Source: Podarcis vaucheri
Lineage: Eukaryota
Length of the DNA: 64,000 nucleotides
Strand: one strand, 5' to 3'
NCBI GenBank assembly: GCA_965113315.1
Contig: OZ220377.1
Of the stretch, positions 62,201-64,000 are shown piece after piece (the stretch's first letter is position 1; each line of letters opens with the position of its first letter). Made by a program: the position numbers and the translations under genes. The notes under the pieces are model-generated. The model was not told the origin of the DNA and searched no databases. It was given only the letters and a program-made list of their open reading frames with translations.

Positions 62201-63828
62201 ATTCAGCACCCACTGCTTTCAACTAAAGCACCTGGATTAGCACCACACAGCAGGGTGATTAAATGTTCCAAGGCTTTGAATGAAAGTGAAACAGGAGGGA
62301 GGGGAAAGGAAACCTGAGCTTTTCTGTGTTGGAAGCCCCAAGAGGAGTAAGACAGGAGCTCTAGAAGAAGAGCAGCAATAGATGGGGAACTTGGAAGGAT
62401 AAAGAAGTCCAGGATCTGATACTAAAATAATTTAATGAGAAGGGAGTAAAAAGACAAAAGCTGAATGACACTCCAGTGCACTGTCAAATGAAAAGCCTGG
62501 CCAGGCAAGTTATTGTGACTAATTGCAACCAGGGCCAAGAGTGGAAAATGATGCAGAGCAGAAAGAGCAACCGGAAGTGGGAGGAATGCAGTGAGGTGGG
62601 CAGGAGAGGTTGCAGCCCACATGCTCCTCCAGGCCATGCTGGGGGAAAGGTCTTGCCTGAAACCAAGTGTCCTAATCTGCCCTAAGCTCCCTTGGTCCCC
62701 CATAAGATCTTTACCAAGGGCCCCCTAGAGACCCCTCTAGCAAAATCGCTCTCTTCTTCCAAAGTTATCCTGGAACCATCATAGCTACAGAAGCTGCCTC
62801 AATACAAAAGGCTAAACCCTGGGGAACAGAAACTGCACTTTTAGGCAGGAGCTCAACAGCAGGCAGGAGGAGTGTCTTGCCCCACATGCAAGTGAGAGGG
62901 GTGTGTGTTGGAGAAGGAAGGAAGGCTGGGTTCAAGGTGTGGGAAGTGAACATGTGGATGGTTGAGGGAGCTTTATTTTGCACATCCACGTGCCTAAAGA
63001 TGAAGAAGGAACTCCCTAGACAAGCTGAAGACAACCAGTGGAGCAGGAAGAATAATGGACAGGGTCAGCTTCTCTTCGGTTTGCTTTCCCATCTCCAATA
63101 AATGGGCATGTGCTCTGCCGGAGGCCCTGCTTATGGCACAAGCAGTAGGCATCTTTCCTCACCACAACCCACCACCCCGCATGTACAGAGTGCAAAAGAG
63201 CGCTCCTCTCTTCCTCCGAGCATGGGTGGAGGTTGTGGAGAGAGGAGTGTGACAAGCTTCTGCCCCCGAAACATGTGCAGAGTGCAGAAGGGCGCTCCTC
63301 CTTTCTTCCGAGCGCTCTTGGGTGGGGGGCGTGGAGAGAGGACTACCCGTCGCCCTCTTCTTACCCGCAGCTCCCTCTTTGATGCTGCTGCTGCAACTGC
63401 CGCCGCTTCCTTTCGGGCAGGACCGGGGCCGGTGAGGCGTAGCAGCATCCGCCCCCCATGGCAGGGCCCCCGTTGGCCACGGCGGGGGAGAAGGCGCGGT
63501 GGGGCAGCGACGACGGCCCCTTCATCTCCTTCCCGAAGCCGCCTCCTCCCGCAGAGGAGGAGGCGGCCGCCCAGGCTCCCCCGGCCGCCGCCGCCACGGC
63601 CAGCGAGAGCGCCGCCCCGGACAGGCCCAGCAGCAGTACCAGCAGCGACAGCGACGCCGCGGCCGCTGCCGCCGCGGCCGCGGGGAAGGCCCAAGCCCGG
63701 CCGCCCTCAGACGACCCTCCGCCTCTCCGCCGGCCCCGCTGCTGCTGCTCTCGCTCGCGAGGATTCCGCCGCCGCGACGGAGGCCACCAGCCCCAGCCGG
63801 GCCCCGACGCGCCGCCGCCCCGAGACAT
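50203..63828 (-). CDS. POM121: Nuclear envelope pore membrane protein POM121, ~1217 aa, 13 exons
   Basis: Exons (minus): 63365-63828, 60123-60338, 59352-59528, 58383-58463, 57773-57947, 56462-56574, 55949-56025, 55280-55404, 54886-54988, 54412-54585, 51446-53176, 50541-50663, 50203-50297; phases consistent. N-terminal hydrophobic segment [100 protein letters not shown], large S/T/P-rich FG exon, C-terminus [14 protein letters not shown]. The start codon is the least certain part. Confidence 0.93.
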
Positions 63829-64000
63829 CGAGGCCCCGACGCGCCGCAGCCGCCACGGCCGCCTCAGCCACTCGCGCTCTTCCCTTTCCCGTGCCCGGCA
63901 TGCACCGCGCGCCCGCGCGCGCCCGAGAAACAAGGGGGCGTGTTCCGTGGATCTCGTCGGCACGGGGGAGGAGGGAGGGAATGGGCGTGGCCTGGAGAGA
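63290..64000. promoter_or_regulatory. CpG island over POM121 exon 1 and promoter
   Basis: Very high GC and CpG density to the end of the window. Confidence 0.8.

Overview
Vertebrate genomic DNA, most likely a squamate (lizard; Sauria SINEs, Bov-B and Penelope remnants), syntenic with the mammalian Williams-Beuren region. Four intact spliced genes can be rebuilt exon by exon with consistent splice phases: FKBP6 (-, ~22.6-30.3 kb), TRIM50 (-, 33.6-38.4 kb), NSUN5 (+, 40.7-47.3 kb) and POM121 (-, 50.2-63.8 kb). The first ~22 kb has no recognisable gene, only repeats and a few orphan exon-like stretches. Most notable points: (1) TRIM50 appears inverted relative to mammals (head-to-head with NSUN5, not FKBP6); (2) FKBP6 has no stop at the mammalian position and may gain a C-terminal, possibly hydrophobic, tail; (3) a ~680 bp non-autonomous RTE-like element has a candidate HDV-like ribozyme at its 5' end; (4) a Penelope remnant carries a hammerhead core; (5) NSUN5 has a GC-AG first intron; (6) POM121 shows a possibly shifted splice donor and a possible transmembrane-less isoform. 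I found no convincing wholly new multi-gene system. Mammalian comparisons and repeat family names are from memory and need checking by alignment.
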